From contig CH464491.1 of the NCBI GenBank assembly GCA_000002445.1, positions 1,280,001 through 1,344,000 on the forward strand: a DNA stretch of 64,000 nt, in the 5' to 3' direction. The stretch comes from Trypanosoma brucei. Lineage: Eukaryota. Below the pieces are notes generated by a model. It saw only the letters and a program-made list of their open reading frames with translations. It ran no database searches and was not told where the DNA came from. The position numbers were made by a program, and so were the translations under genes. Below are positions 34,401 to 44,279 of this stretch, one piece after another. Each line of letters starts with the position of its first letter. The first letter of the stretch is position 1.

Positions 34401-34820
34401 GGTTGGGTGGAGACAGCTGTTCGGGGAAAGCTTCAGGGCGGAATCACTGGTGTAACAAGGTCTATCATGCTCAGAACAGATTCATATATTACAAGCAACA
34501 GTAAAGTTTCCATTGTTACAACCTCGGCAGGGGTTTTGACCGCCCGCTTGCTCTTGCTGATGGCACCAGCCGAGGAAAAGGAGGAAAATGAAGCGAGTTG
34601 CATTTCAACCAACTTGACGGTGTTCCGCTCGGTGGACGCCACATCTCTGCAGCGTGTTGCTACTTCCGGTCCGTATAGGCGATGTGGCGTCTCATTGGAA
34701 CCTCTCAAGGTGGACATGAATGCTACATACATCATTGTTGTTTCGTCATACACTCCCTCTCGCGAGGAGTACGTCTTGCGAATCTACTCCAACACTCCAC
34801 TGAAGGCGGAGGTGTTGTAA
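31482..34820 (+). CDS. Calpain-like cysteine peptidase (calpain-7/PalB-like; ~1112 aa) with an MIT-like helical N-terminus and C-terminal beta-sandwich-type extensions
   Basis: The ORF-track start at 31458 is TTG; the first ATG is 31482. Catalytic-domain motifs: VVGDCSMVCSL (Cys codon at 32496-32498), EHAYAVLD (His), LMNPWSRRAWSG (Asn). All three triad residues are present. Confidence 0.85.
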   Translation: MNTIDAALVSIQNGLAQEKKGQLSEAHELLINGVRGLRKAVKELTLDSSRRLLLIEYDKDAMRHIQRISEVLKGSKKHVADTLLPAPSSTHSYVSSRPQTSEHRSGEDDDYLSFLNTDVGSPVHTSLFAQPPFHQVYKAPAKPTGTTGLSASPPRVHRSGEEPGSPAAQSPTQGTSDIVLKAIDVATALLQRRELKRAVDVLQHAYDVGVRTRIRPGNFERVEEHLVLLRREYYKHFKPRFLQDNPVLPEEMDVLRKSGITTTIALPIWDDLKEGYGRENVFMPCEGHWNDTFTPELSSVQKSAGARYVCIGEARRGVEFCIIRAADPLNIKQTVVGDCSMVCSLIICALYQQRFPKAKIISNVIFPQDSDGVPVVNPKGKYCVKMLVNGITRLITVDDRFPANPQTGEMLCTYSRDKSELWVSIMEKAFVKVCGGSYDFPGSSSSSDLYKLSGWLPDSVDFTVKDFDRNLQWSRFFNRYADGSLLITVSTPPLSEAEERRLLLASEHAYAVLDMREMSGVRLVQLMNPWSRRAWSGKFSLNDKRPEVVKVLTQLQYGSPQADQGIFWITWDDLCTNFSRCSLSWNPYMLFKTPDGMSQRPTRLSCHSRFPYTTSMGQSPQFHIGVIDAPKPSRMHLVFSRHMTDPTAFGQQFDRDHPNVPYVSLKVYDVTRFPSIAQHLGARCSFGMCYCRRLAHGTELGVKIAPLSNPTYRNMAAYTLSFNCPAGTSDLLVVVSRLESAIKSEFSFSLTLHTEWPQVLLQESAQRCWGVYIHAIPRSSLRHCTVTHGKWVKGVSCGGRSFLQTFVYNPQYLLTLARASMVSVRLCVSDQNNDDSDKSVQVHLLQKRQDPGVGQVKWAARVGSTNECSLHLCAPLFAHGGVVVDTSLRSCFAPESVHYPVPQSHQLQSEQQLQQSQWTKKALSTSDGPLPPLPAGDYTIVVAQWEKGIPAAFELTVETTEPHQLREIVPEGVGWVETAVRGKLQGGITGVTRSIMLRTDSYITSNSKVSIVTTSAGVLTARLLLLMAPAEEKEENEASCISTNLTVFRSVDATSLQRVATSGPYRRCGVSLEPLKVDMNATYIIVVSSYTPSREEYVLRIYSNTPLKAEVL

Positions 34821-35295
34821 GTTAAGACATTGGGGGGGGAATTGTGTTTTTTCGTATTTGTCGGTACGTAACGCGAATGTGTCTGAAGTCAAGCTTCCCG
34901 CACTATGGTGGCCGCACCGTTGTGCCGTGGGTTGTTCTCACTTTTCCTGCGTTTTATTTTATTTCTTTAATAACGGCGCCAGTACGCTACGAATGCTGCG
35001 CGCGTGTGTGTCTGTATCTGTGAAGGGTCGGAGGTTGCAACGTGTTACTTCAGAAGTGTGCGCTGCCAATTTGTACAGTAAAAGTGATGGTGTTGAAGAG
35101 GTGTAGCGGTGCGCTAAAAGGTGGTTGAAGAAAATTGGCTGAGTAGCAGTGCGCACACGTTTTTGAATATGATCTGCCCACATGTTAACGACTCGCTGAC
35201 CTCACTTACTGTTTTCGCTCCTCCCTTATTTCTTCAACTATTTTAAACTTCATGAAGCCACTTGGGCCCACCCGTCTGAGTGCTTGCCGCTGTGC

Positions 35296-38200
35296 ATGCA
35301 CATCTGGCGGACCGCTGCAAGCAACTGGGTAAAGAGACACGCCCGTTCTAATGCGGCACGGTGGAGGCGCCCAGAACCCGCTTCATCAAGTGCGGCAGCC
35401 AAAACAATAGCAAGATTGCTCGCAGTTGGTGGCCACGGCTGCTGGTCAGAAGCAACCGCGCTTTATGCAGAAGCACTCGCAACAAAGTCTGTGCAGAGGT
35501 ACGGTGTTGTGACACCCGCGCACCGCCATGATTGTATTGCACTAATTCTCGGAGCTATGTCATCTTCTGTCGACGCCAGCGGCTCTGATATTAACAGGGG
35601 CGAGGAGTCACTCACACCCCATTATGGGATGTTGGCAGAACGCTTGTCGTTAGACATAATTGTGCCGCATAGTGATGTAGGACAGGAAGAGAAGGAGGCC
35701 GCCTCTGTCGCATGCATAGCGGTTTTCAGGGCGCTGTTAACCTCCGGTCGCACGCATGCTGTCCAGCGTTTTGCTCAGCAGTTGCTGCGAAGCAGAAACT
35801 CACGTGAACATGGATTGTGGGCGCTTCGCACAATTATGTTGGCAGTAACGGCAAGGGAAGAGGGAATGTACCGTCAGCTTTTTCTGCATAGTGGGCTGCT
35901 AAAAGATCTTGAACATCTCACGGGCCTTGACGCGTTCACGGTCGTGATGTCGTCGTGCGATGGCCACGAGAAAAATATTGGACCGTGTGGAGGGAGGACG
36001 GAAGGGAACCTTGGAAGAGATGAGGTACACCGTGTTGCGGCAAGGTGGTGCGTGGACGTGGCCCTGCACATGCACACGTGTCCTTGGAGATTCTGCTTGA
36101 CAAACGAGAAGGAGCCACGACGAGAAACGGCGTTTAACAGTGAAGTCACAAGCTATTGCTGTGCCAAAGAGCTTCCAATGCCGGCATTTGCGGTGACGAT
36201 GCTGCCATTTGAGGTGCTACGCAGCAACGCGGTCGGTGTGTTGCGCTGTTGTACTGCTGCTGGGAACGGCTCACATGGCAACGAGGTTGTTACCTTTGAT
36301 GGTACTGCAAGTAATGTTAGTGGCGGTCGTTCTGGTGATTCTACCAGTTGTAGCACAACCGCTCCATCGCTGGGACTTCCTGCACTTAAGCGTTTACAAG
36401 ATGTTGTTTCTGCTGCTATTGAGGTTCCTCTCTCCACATATGAGCCTGTTGAGTGCTTATACTTGCTACTTCAAATATCTCGTGACAGCACCGCCCCTGA
36501 CCCCAGGCGTGTGATGCCATCCACGATGAATATTTTGTGGTGGCGACGGCATCTGCAGAGTTGCGTCCTTGAATCTGTTAAATCGGCTGTTAGGTGGAAG
36601 TCGGTGTGCGACTTTGTTGGTTTGAGCCGCTTAGTCACAGAACGTGTGCCGCATTGTTTTCCCCTTCTGGTCGCTCACGCGGCCGAGTCCCCGGATGCCT
36701 TGAGGACACTGTTCAACGAGGTGTCGCGGCAGGAAGGCGCTGCAGCACATCCTGTGGACGACATCCCACGCTCGTGTGTGATGGGGCTCCTGCAGATGTG
36801 TGGAGATGAAAGATCCGCTGCCGTTATTGATTGGGTGGTAGAGCATTGTAAGGATCATGAGAGTATCGCACAATTCGTTTTGGACAGCCTTGGGCAGCAC
36901 CAGAAGCTTGCGTCGGTCGTCGTGCGGCGGCTCTTTCAGCGAAGTGAGCAAAGCTCGGACGTTATTAATGCGCTTTCGAGACTGCTTGAAAAGGGCACTT
37001 GCAGGACGCTATTGGCTGATGTTTGCTCACTTGTTCCCCAAGCCCAGCAGTGGACGGTAGCGCTGCGGTTTGTAAGCGGCATGTCGGCCCCAGAAGTTGG
37101 GCACGTCCACACCGCCTTCATGGCGTTTGTAGGGAATTGTGATGAGCAGTTTGCTATTAACATGGCACTCCTTTGGTCCGATGAGACCTTCACGTGGTTG
37201 AAGGCTGATGTGAACCCACCGCCCCGGCGGGTGTACATGGACGACAGATGGAGCGATGCGCTTCGTCTTGTAGCGCTGGGTGCGGAGCGGTTAACGCAGC
37301 GGCCGGAGTTGTTGGGAAAGTACATCCGTTATTTTTCTAAAAGGGTTGCGGTAAATTCTCGCCTGTACATGGAGTTGGAGGCGCTCTTAGCGTGCTCGAA
37401 GGTGGGCGGTGGTAGCGCACGTAACTGCGGCCGTTCTTCTAACTGGAATCCCATTGCCAGTACAGTCACTGGCGGTCCTCCCTTAGAAACTTCATTGGTA
37501 GGAGTACGAACCGGGGTGCTTCCGAAGGGTCAGCAGTGGATGGAGGCATGCGCACATGCATCTGAGGTGGGTGTCACGCGTGGAGTACTCGAGATCCTCG
37601 CGAAGCGTGGGAGATGGGAAGAGGCTACCATAGTGCTGGCGAGAGCGGAGGCGAAACGAAGAGTGGAGTGGGCCCCGCTAGTAATACGTGCCGCACGTCT
37701 TTCCAGTCAGTGGCGGGCTGCACTTTCCGTGGCAGAGAAAATTGCAGCCAACGGAATGAAACTGCATTACAGTGTAGTAGCGGAGTTACTTGCGTGCTGC
37801 TTTTCTGCCGATGTACCCCTTGAGGTGGTTCAATTGTGGCTGCACAGGCGTTCAGTTGGGGAAAGTACGTCCTCGCATGTACTTTTCGGTCTGGGCCCTG
37901 GTTCGAGCTTGAGGACCGAGCAGCGTGACGCCAACGACAAACACAACGTTTTCGGTGATGCATCGAGATGGCTGGGCTCGGCGCAGGCGGAGCTCTTTTT
38001 TGTCCTCCTTGAATCGTCTTCCAGTCGATCGTCGGATCATCAGTGGCGTTACGCCCTGCAATTGCTGAAAGAGCATGTGCTATTAAGTGGTGGTGTTCCG
38101 TCTGCACGGGTGTTCCGTTCTACATATTCCATATTACACCGGGCAGAGCGGTGGCGGGAGTCGCTGCAACTTTTGGGTCTGCAGCGATCTGTTTGCGGTT

Positions 38201-39864
38201 CCCCCACGGTTAAATGTGTGCACCTTGTACTGAGCACCTTGCCGAGCACAGCTTGGCAGTATGCTCTAGGAGCTCTCCAATGTATTCCGCCTGGAGATTC
38301 GGGTTCCATTCATCGTGTATTGCCCTTATTGTTACCGGTGTCGTGGGAGTCTGCATTAGGTTTAATGATTGATCATCGTGTCATGACAAATACAGCGATG
38401 GAGTGTGTTGTTGGTTGCGAGGACGTGCCCTTGGTCCTACGTCTGCAGGCATGGAGGCGTTTGTTGCCGTCGCTGCCCGTGTCCATGAAGCACCGTGCGG
38501 CACCGATTTATTTACGGCTGGCAGCTGGTGTTGCTGATGGTGATGTTGGTGTTGAAGGGACGAATGGTCTGGACGCGATGTGCGTCATTGAACGCTCGAT
38601 CCGGGGCCTACGGGGTGATTATATTAATTACGCATCGTTTGTATACCATCGTGCTTTGCTGCATCGCCACTGGTGTAATGACAGCCTTCACCCGAGTGGC
38701 GGTGTGGCGGCCTTCCGGGCACTTAGCGGCATTGCTGAGGTAGACCAACAGTGTGAAGTTAGTGCCGCTGCGTTGGAGCAGTTAAGCAACATTGTTGAAA
38801 GGTTGGAACAGGTGTGTGGAACGGTTAGTGCATCGACAGCAACACATGGTTCCCAACACCTGGAGCGCACGGTGCCGGTTGTAAACTCCGGTGAGATACT
38901 TCAGGGCTCAGCTCCCACGAATGCTAGGCGTGACCCTGAAACCCACTGTTTTTCCTTTGTTTCATCCTACTGGTTGTCCTTGTTTTATTTGTTTCGTTAC
39001 TGCCGTTGTGTAATCTCCAGTTCTTTATTCCCTTTTTTTTTAAAAAAAAAAGATCAGGGCAGTGGACTACCGATATTTGACGTCATGCGCCTACATACGG
39101 TCCGCGCGCCAATCATCACGCGAGCCGCTATGCGTGGCTACTCGGAGGCACGGAGCAACTATGACGGCACCTCTCTCCCTGCGTGGCCGGCACCAGGGAA
39201 GAAACCAACTTATCCCGCAGCACTGTCGGAGTTGAGACTGCCGCAGCCGCGCATGCGCAAGACTCGTACCGAATGGATGTATTACCACGGCCACGGCGGT
39301 TGCCCTGGAAAGTATGGGCCGTCACGAGAAATAGCTGACTTCGAATATGCGGATGGGACTCCGGCGAGCATTAGTGGACGCCGGTTCGCGTTTAAGCACC
39401 ACCAAGACCACTTGCTCGTACAGCTAATACGCGCTGCAGCCACTGTGGAGCGCTACGACGCGAGTGGGTTACTACCACGTATCCCTGGTACGGCTGAGCA
39501 ACGCAACTGGGACCCGGCCATTCCGCTTTTTCTTGATGATGTGGATGAGCAAGGCAGACCTGCACCGTTGCGCACTGCGGGCGACGCCCCGGGGACGATG
39601 GTTAGTCATGTGTGTTCCCGTGTTGTGGATGAACGGATGGGAACTCCCACGCATACGCCAAATGAACTCGCCAACCGTCACGAGGGAGAAACACTCGAGG
39701 CAAATACAATGTTTGCAACCAATGATCCGAGTGCCTTTGTGTCTGATACGGTGAAGTTGCGTGACGACAAGCGGCCTTACTGGTCGCGGCGCCGCTGGGC
39801 CCTAACAGATAAATTTTTGGTGCCTAAGAGCCCCAAACCAAAGAACACCATCAAGGACGAGTAG
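35296..39864 (+). CDS. Large hypothetical protein (~1522 aa), PPR/TPR-like helical repeats with an Arg-rich presequence-like N-terminus; possibly mitochondrial and RNA-binding
   Basis: The ORF-track start at 35284 is TTG; the first ATG is 35296 (MHIWRTAASNWVKRHARSNAARWRR). Repeated ~35-aa helix-pair segments resembling PPR motifs (TALYAEALATKSVQRYGVVTPAHRHDCIALILGAMSSS; WRAALSVAEKIAANGMKLHYSVVAELLACCF; WRESLQLLGLQRS...). Confidence 0.8.
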   Translation: MHIWRTAASNWVKRHARSNAARWRRPEPASSSAAAKTIARLLAVGGHGCWSEATALYAEALATKSVQRYGVVTPAHRHDCIALILGAMSSSVDASGSDINRGEESLTPHYGMLAERLSLDIIVPHSDVGQEEKEAASVACIAVFRALLTSGRTHAVQRFAQQLLRSRNSREHGLWALRTIMLAVTAREEGMYRQLFLHSGLLKDLEHLTGLDAFTVVMSSCDGHEKNIGPCGGRTEGNLGRDEVHRVAARWCVDVALHMHTCPWRFCLTNEKEPRRETAFNSEVTSYCCAKELPMPAFAVTMLPFEVLRSNAVGVLRCCTAAGNGSHGNEVVTFDGTASNVSGGRSGDSTSCSTTAPSLGLPALKRLQDVVSAAIEVPLSTYEPVECLYLLLQISRDSTAPDPRRVMPSTMNILWWRRHLQSCVLESVKSAVRWKSVCDFVGLSRLVTERVPHCFPLLVAHAAESPDALRTLFNEVSRQEGAAAHPVDDIPRSCVMGLLQMCGDERSAAVIDWVVEHCKDHESIAQFVLDSLGQHQKLASVVVRRLFQRSEQSSDVINALSRLLEKGTCRTLLADVCSLVPQAQQWTVALRFVSGMSAPEVGHVHTAFMAFVGNCDEQFAINMALLWSDETFTWLKADVNPPPRRVYMDDRWSDALRLVALGAERLTQRPELLGKYIRYFSKRVAVNSRLYMELEALLACSKVGGGSARNCGRSSNWNPIASTVTGGPPLETSLVGVRTGVLPKGQQWMEACAHASEVGVTRGVLEILAKRGRWEEATIVLARAEAKRRVEWAPLVIRAARLSSQWRAALSVAEKIAANGMKLHYSVVAELLACCFSADVPLEVVQLWLHRRSVGESTSSHVLFGLGPGSSLRTEQRDANDKHNVFGDASRWLGSAQAELFFVLLESSSSRSSDHQWRYALQLLKEHVLLSGGVPSARVFRSTYSILHRAERWRESLQLLGLQRSVCGSPTVKCVHLVLSTLPSTAWQYALGALQCIPPGDSGSIHRVLPLLLPVSWESALGLMIDHRVMTNTAMECVVGCEDVPLVLRLQAWRRLLPSLPVSMKHRAAPIYLRLAAGVADGDVGVEGTNGLDAMCVIERSIRGLRGDYINYASFVYHRALLHRHWCNDSLHPSGGVAAFRALSGIAEVDQQCEVSAAALEQLSNIVERLEQVCGTVSASTATHGSQHLERTVPVVNSGEILQGSAPTNARRDPETHCFSFVSSYWLSLFYLFRYCRCVISSSLFPFFLKKKDQGSGLPIFDVMRLHTVRAPIITRAAMRGYSEARSNYDGTSLPAWPAPGKKPTYPAALSELRLPQPRMRKTRTEWMYYHGHGGCPGKYGPSREIADFEYADGTPASISGRRFAFKHHQDHLLVQLIRAAATVERYDASGLLPRIPGTAEQRNWDPAIPLFLDDVDEQGRPAPLRTAGDAPGTMVSHVCSRVVDERMGTPTHTPNELANRHEGETLEANTMFATNDPSAFVSDTVKLRDDKRPYWSRRRWALTDKFLVPKSPKPKNTIKDE

Positions 39865-40398
39865 GGGTGTAAAAGTTGTTGACGCACAAACGAACATCTC
39901 AGTACAAACGTGATGTTTGTTTGCTCGTTTGTGCCCAGTGGTTTTGTACACACCATTTCTTAGATTCGTTGTCTTACGTCGAGGTGTAGTGTTGCGAGGC
40001 GCTTCAATCGCAGTCAGGGATGGAATGAGTTGCGTAACGCCTTGACAATGTGATGAGGAATACCGGTGCTACCGCATGGGGAGGGCAGTTGTGTGCCGGT
40101 GGTTGAGGCTTCGTTATTACCGTCGTGACTCTCTTTACGGGCAAGCTGTGTTTTTTTCCTCTCTTTCTCTCGTAGTGGTAGTGGTGGTTTATGTCAATAC
40201 AACTATAGTTTCTGATATGTTTCTCACTTTATCGTGTTTATTGCGTGTCCTTGTTGTTGGTCTCAATATTGTTGCTCCCACTGCATTGTCCTTCATAACC
40301 ACTTGTCAGTAATAAATAGATTACACATAAATTGGTACGACAGCTGGTGGCTGTGGCGCTAGGGGGAAACTTTACCCATATCAATTAGAGACCAGGGC

Positions 40399-42471
40399 AT
40401 GACCTCACTCTGTCCAATTACGAGTTCAATCACCGTAGCTATACGCAAGAGGCCAATCGCAAATAATGGAAACTCGGGAGACAAGGACATTGTTACATGT
40501 GAGGACTGTCGCACCATATCAGTGCACGAACCGAAGACACGCGTTGACCTTAAGGCAGTGGTGGAGACCTCAGCTTTTGCATTTGATTATGTATTTGATG
40601 AGTCTGTGGCAAACGATGTGGTATACAAGGTGTGCTGTCAACCGTTGCTGTCGGATGTACAGAACGGGGGAAGCGTTGTGGTTATTGCCTTTGGCCAGAC
40701 GGGCAGTGGGAAAACACACACCATGTTGGGTCACGGCAGCAAGACCATAGGGTTGTATGGATACGCCATTAGGGAGCTGATTGGCGAAGAAACCACTCGC
40801 AAGCTTGCGGTTAGCTTCTATGAGGTTTACGGTTCTAAGCTCTTTGACTTGTTGAATGGACGGACACAGTTGAAAATGATGCAGGATGAGGCTGACAATC
40901 TTCGGATTGTCGGGTTGTCGGAGAAAGTTGTCACATGTGACAAGGAGGTATATAAACTCATTTCAAAAGGAGAGTCGCTGCGTTCATCTGGGTCAACGCT
41001 CGCAAACGACACGAGCTCCCGATCGCACGCAGTGCTGGAAATCAAGGTTCTCAATTATCAGGGTGAGCCGCATGGTGGCCGAGTCACTCTTATAGATTTA
41101 GCCGGTAGTGAGCGGGCTGCGGATACGACAAGTAGTGATACAAGGGGACGACATGAAGGAGCTGAGATAAACAAGTCTCTGTTGGCCCTCAAGGAATGTA
41201 TTCGGGCCATGTCAAGGAACAGACGGCATATTCCTTTTCGTGCCTCCAAGTTGACGCAGGTGCTGCGTGAAAGTTTTATTGGTAATTGTAAGACATGTTT
41301 CATAGCGACAGTTTCACCCTTGCAGCGGCACTGTGAGGATACGCTGAACACGTTGCGGTATGCTAACCGCATAAGGGACCTTAAAGCCCCCTCCGATGAC
41401 GGCTTCAGCCGTAAGATATCGATGACATGCCCCAACTGCAATGGCCCCGTACGCCCTGATGCATCCCACACATGCGTGCGTTTGTCCACACGATGTCCGC
41501 ACTGTAGACAAGTGGTAGAAAAACATAACCTCGAAGGGCACATCGAGGAGTGTAGCGAGTTTCCCGTACGATGTCCTCGCTGTAATGAACTGTTAGTGCG
41601 CGGTGATATTCCACGGCACAATCGTCGTTGTTCCCGATCTCTAGTGCGCTGTCCGTTGTGCACATGCCACGTGATGCGCTGTGGTTTGGAGAAACACACT
41701 CTGATGGATTGCGGGGCCAAACTAGAGAAGTGTCGTTATTGTGGACAGGGGTTTCCACGTCACTCATTGAAGAGGCACGAAGACGTGTGCACGATGATGA
41801 AGATCGCCTGTCCTTATTGTCTGCAATATTTTAGAAAAGTTTGCGTAGATGCTCATGCCTCGGTGTGTGTAAGGAACCCAAACTGCAGGCGAGTGTCACC
41901 GTCAAGGATTAGGGATTCGGGTGAAGAGGTGTGGAAGATAACAAACGGAAAGGAATGGCGGCAACGGCCTCGGATGTTAAGGAACCAGTCGTTGAAGCAG
42001 CTTGAGGCAATCTCTCGAACAAAATCAAGTGTGCAGCTTCGGGAAGGGCGAAAACCCTTAGGGCCACTTGAAGACAATTTTTCACTTCCCGCTTTGCACG
42101 CACCCTCCTCAGCCCCCGACAGGAAACACCCACCGGTTACCAGCGCTTTCACCGAAAGCCTACAAAGTCACCCCAACAGCGAGGACGATGATGCCGACAA
42201 GGAAGTTTGCAGAACCGCCCCAACTATCAGTGGAGAAAATAGCAGCCGAGTTGGAGGTGAAGGTTGTGTTTGCCCTTACGCTGCCTATGGTTGCTTGCAC
42301 ACTGTGTGTGACTCTTCTCTAGAGAAGCATATGAAAGACTCGGTAGAAATGCATCTGCAATTGGTTCGTGACTACGCAGAGCGGGTTTCAGAAGAAAATA
42401 ACATTCTTCGGGAGCGTGTGAATGAGGGCACCACTAAGGCTTCAAAGCTTCATGAACTTGAAAGCGTGTGA
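40399..42471 (+). CDS. Kinesin-13-family motor protein fused to a C-terminal array of TRAF-type (C-x2-C-x9-12-H-x3-5-C) zinc fingers and a short terminal coiled coil
   Basis: ATG at 40399. P-loop GQTGSGKTHTM. Switch I SSRSHAVL. Kinesin-13-diagnostic switch II and neck region VTLIDLAGSERAADT...EGAEINKSLLALKECIRAM...HIPFRASKLTQVLRESF. Five to six zinc-finger units lie between ~41425 and 41880 (CPHCRQVVEKHNLEGHIEEC, CPRCNELLVRGDIPRHNRRC, CRYCGQGFPRHSLKRHEDVC, CPYCLQYFRKVCVDAHASVC). Confidence 0.85.
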   Translation: MTSLCPITSSITVAIRKRPIANNGNSGDKDIVTCEDCRTISVHEPKTRVDLKAVVETSAFAFDYVFDESVANDVVYKVCCQPLLSDVQNGGSVVVIAFGQTGSGKTHTMLGHGSKTIGLYGYAIRELIGEETTRKLAVSFYEVYGSKLFDLLNGRTQLKMMQDEADNLRIVGLSEKVVTCDKEVYKLISKGESLRSSGSTLANDTSSRSHAVLEIKVLNYQGEPHGGRVTLIDLAGSERAADTTSSDTRGRHEGAEINKSLLALKECIRAMSRNRRHIPFRASKLTQVLRESFIGNCKTCFIATVSPLQRHCEDTLNTLRYANRIRDLKAPSDDGFSRKISMTCPNCNGPVRPDASHTCVRLSTRCPHCRQVVEKHNLEGHIEECSEFPVRCPRCNELLVRGDIPRHNRRCSRSLVRCPLCTCHVMRCGLEKHTLMDCGAKLEKCRYCGQGFPRHSLKRHEDVCTMMKIACPYCLQYFRKVCVDAHASVCVRNPNCRRVSPSRIRDSGEEVWKITNGKEWRQRPRMLRNQSLKQLEAISRTKSSVQLREGRKPLGPLEDNFSLPALHAPSSAPDRKHPPVTSAFTESLQSHPNSEDDDADKEVCRTAPTISGENSSRVGGEGCVCPYAAYGCLHTVCDSSLEKHMKDSVEMHLQLVRDYAERVSEENNILRERVNEGTTKASKLHELESV

Positions 42472-43628
42472 ACCTGCAAATTAAATCACATGCCTCAGTG
42501 CGCACAAGCATATATCCACATATATTTGTTTATTTCTTTATATATCCGGCACGTATTTAGTTAATTGACAGAGCGGATTGCAGTTAATAGAGGACTTTTT
42601 TTTCCTGCAATCGAGTATATATATATTTTTTCGCTTTCTTTTTTCTTCGTTCCACTATGCCCGTGCTGCAGAGCCCCTGTTTTTAGTTTTTTTTACTATC
42701 CACTAGCGTAGGGTAACGCTTATGCTTACTAACTACCAGTTGCCTTTCCGGTATCGGCGAGGAAGGGAACGGAAGAGGTTTTTTTTAAAAAAAGATTAAA
42801 GGAAGAAGCGGTGACAGGTGTTGACGTACCGCAGTATTCTCATTCGGTTCAGTTCACGTTTCCTTCAATTGGTTTCTACTTTTTTTTTTGTTTAATCTTT
42901 CACTTTCTGCTTTCTCCCTTTTCCCTTTTCCCCTCCCCGCTTCCGTACCCCTATTTTCCTCTGGCCTCCGCCCTGTGGGCGAAAAAGGTGAGTAAATGTG
43001 TTACGAGTATGCAACTGTGCATAAATATATGAATAAATATATATATATATAACTAGAACAGTAAATAAGAGCATTGAATTGCGGTAACCCGTGGTGGTGA
43101 AAGGAGCTGCAACAAACTTGGAGGAAAGAAAAAAAAAGGAAATGAAAATGTGATTTCGCTCCCCTCCTTCCTTTCTTCCTTACACACATACTCGCTTCCC
43201 CTCCCCCCTCCCCACAATTTCTCTCTCATTTTCTCATTGGGAATTATGCTCCCGGCGACCGATGCATGTGAAGACGTGCCGTGTTGTTGTCGTCCCCCCC
43301 CGTGTGGTGTTATTACCATTGTGCTTTTGCATTATTGTTCTTTTTTGTTTGTTTGTTTGTTTTCATTTCAACAAATTGTTGGGTCCCCCTCCCTCCGCAC
43401 ACCCCTGATTGGGTATTCTGTTTTGCTTTGACGCGCACCCGTATTTTCTACCGTCGTTATTGTTGATTCCTGCTTACATCTCTGCTGTCGTTATCAGTAC
43501 ACTTATATTATGGTCAAGATGTTCGTCACTTAACTGACTAAATTAACCCAACATTGTTATTATTGTGAATATTAATGCTTTTATTTGTTGCTGGCGCTTT
43601 TTTTTTTCGAATTTATGCTTTTTCCTCC

Positions 43629-43670
43629 TATATATATATATATATATATATTTATTTATTTATTTATATA
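43629..43670. repeat. (TA)11 + (TTTA)4
   Basis: tatatatatatatatatatatatttatttatttattta. Confidence 0.9.
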
Positions 43671-44279
43671 TAGTTTCATCGGTATAGGGCAGTGTGTATA
43701 TGTGTGAAGGAATGAGAGAAAAAGGAATTAGGGGGAGAGAGTAGAAGGAACCGAAGAAATGGAAAAGAAAGCGAGGGAAATGTGCCATCGGGTTGTGGTA
43801 TTTTTGGCCGCTAAATCAAGTATGTATGAAGAAATGCATTTAACAAATGAGCAAGTCATCAAGTGGGGTTGCAACTGCGGCCTCATTGGGTAACTACTTG
43901 CCGCATATGTGCGATGAATGGCATTCGTGTATATATATATATACGCATTTTATATTTCACCTTCATATATATTTGTGGTTCCATTTCATCAACTCATGTC
44001 TCAGTTGTATTACGTCTGACGTTATTCCCGCACGCTTGTTTTATTATTATTTTTTTCCTCCCCCTTTTCGTTTTTCCTCATTCCAATCCTTTTTAATAGG
44101 TAACAAGGTGTAGCTCCTCTCCTGTCCCTTTAGGTAATAGGGAGGGATTTTCCACCCGCGAAAGTGCGGTGTGTGTGCGTGTGGAAAAAACAAACCAAAT
44201 AATTAGTTCTTTAAAAAAAAAACAAAAAGAAGGAAGGGGGTAAGACGAGTTATTTTTGACTCGTGTCTTGGAGGGAAAT

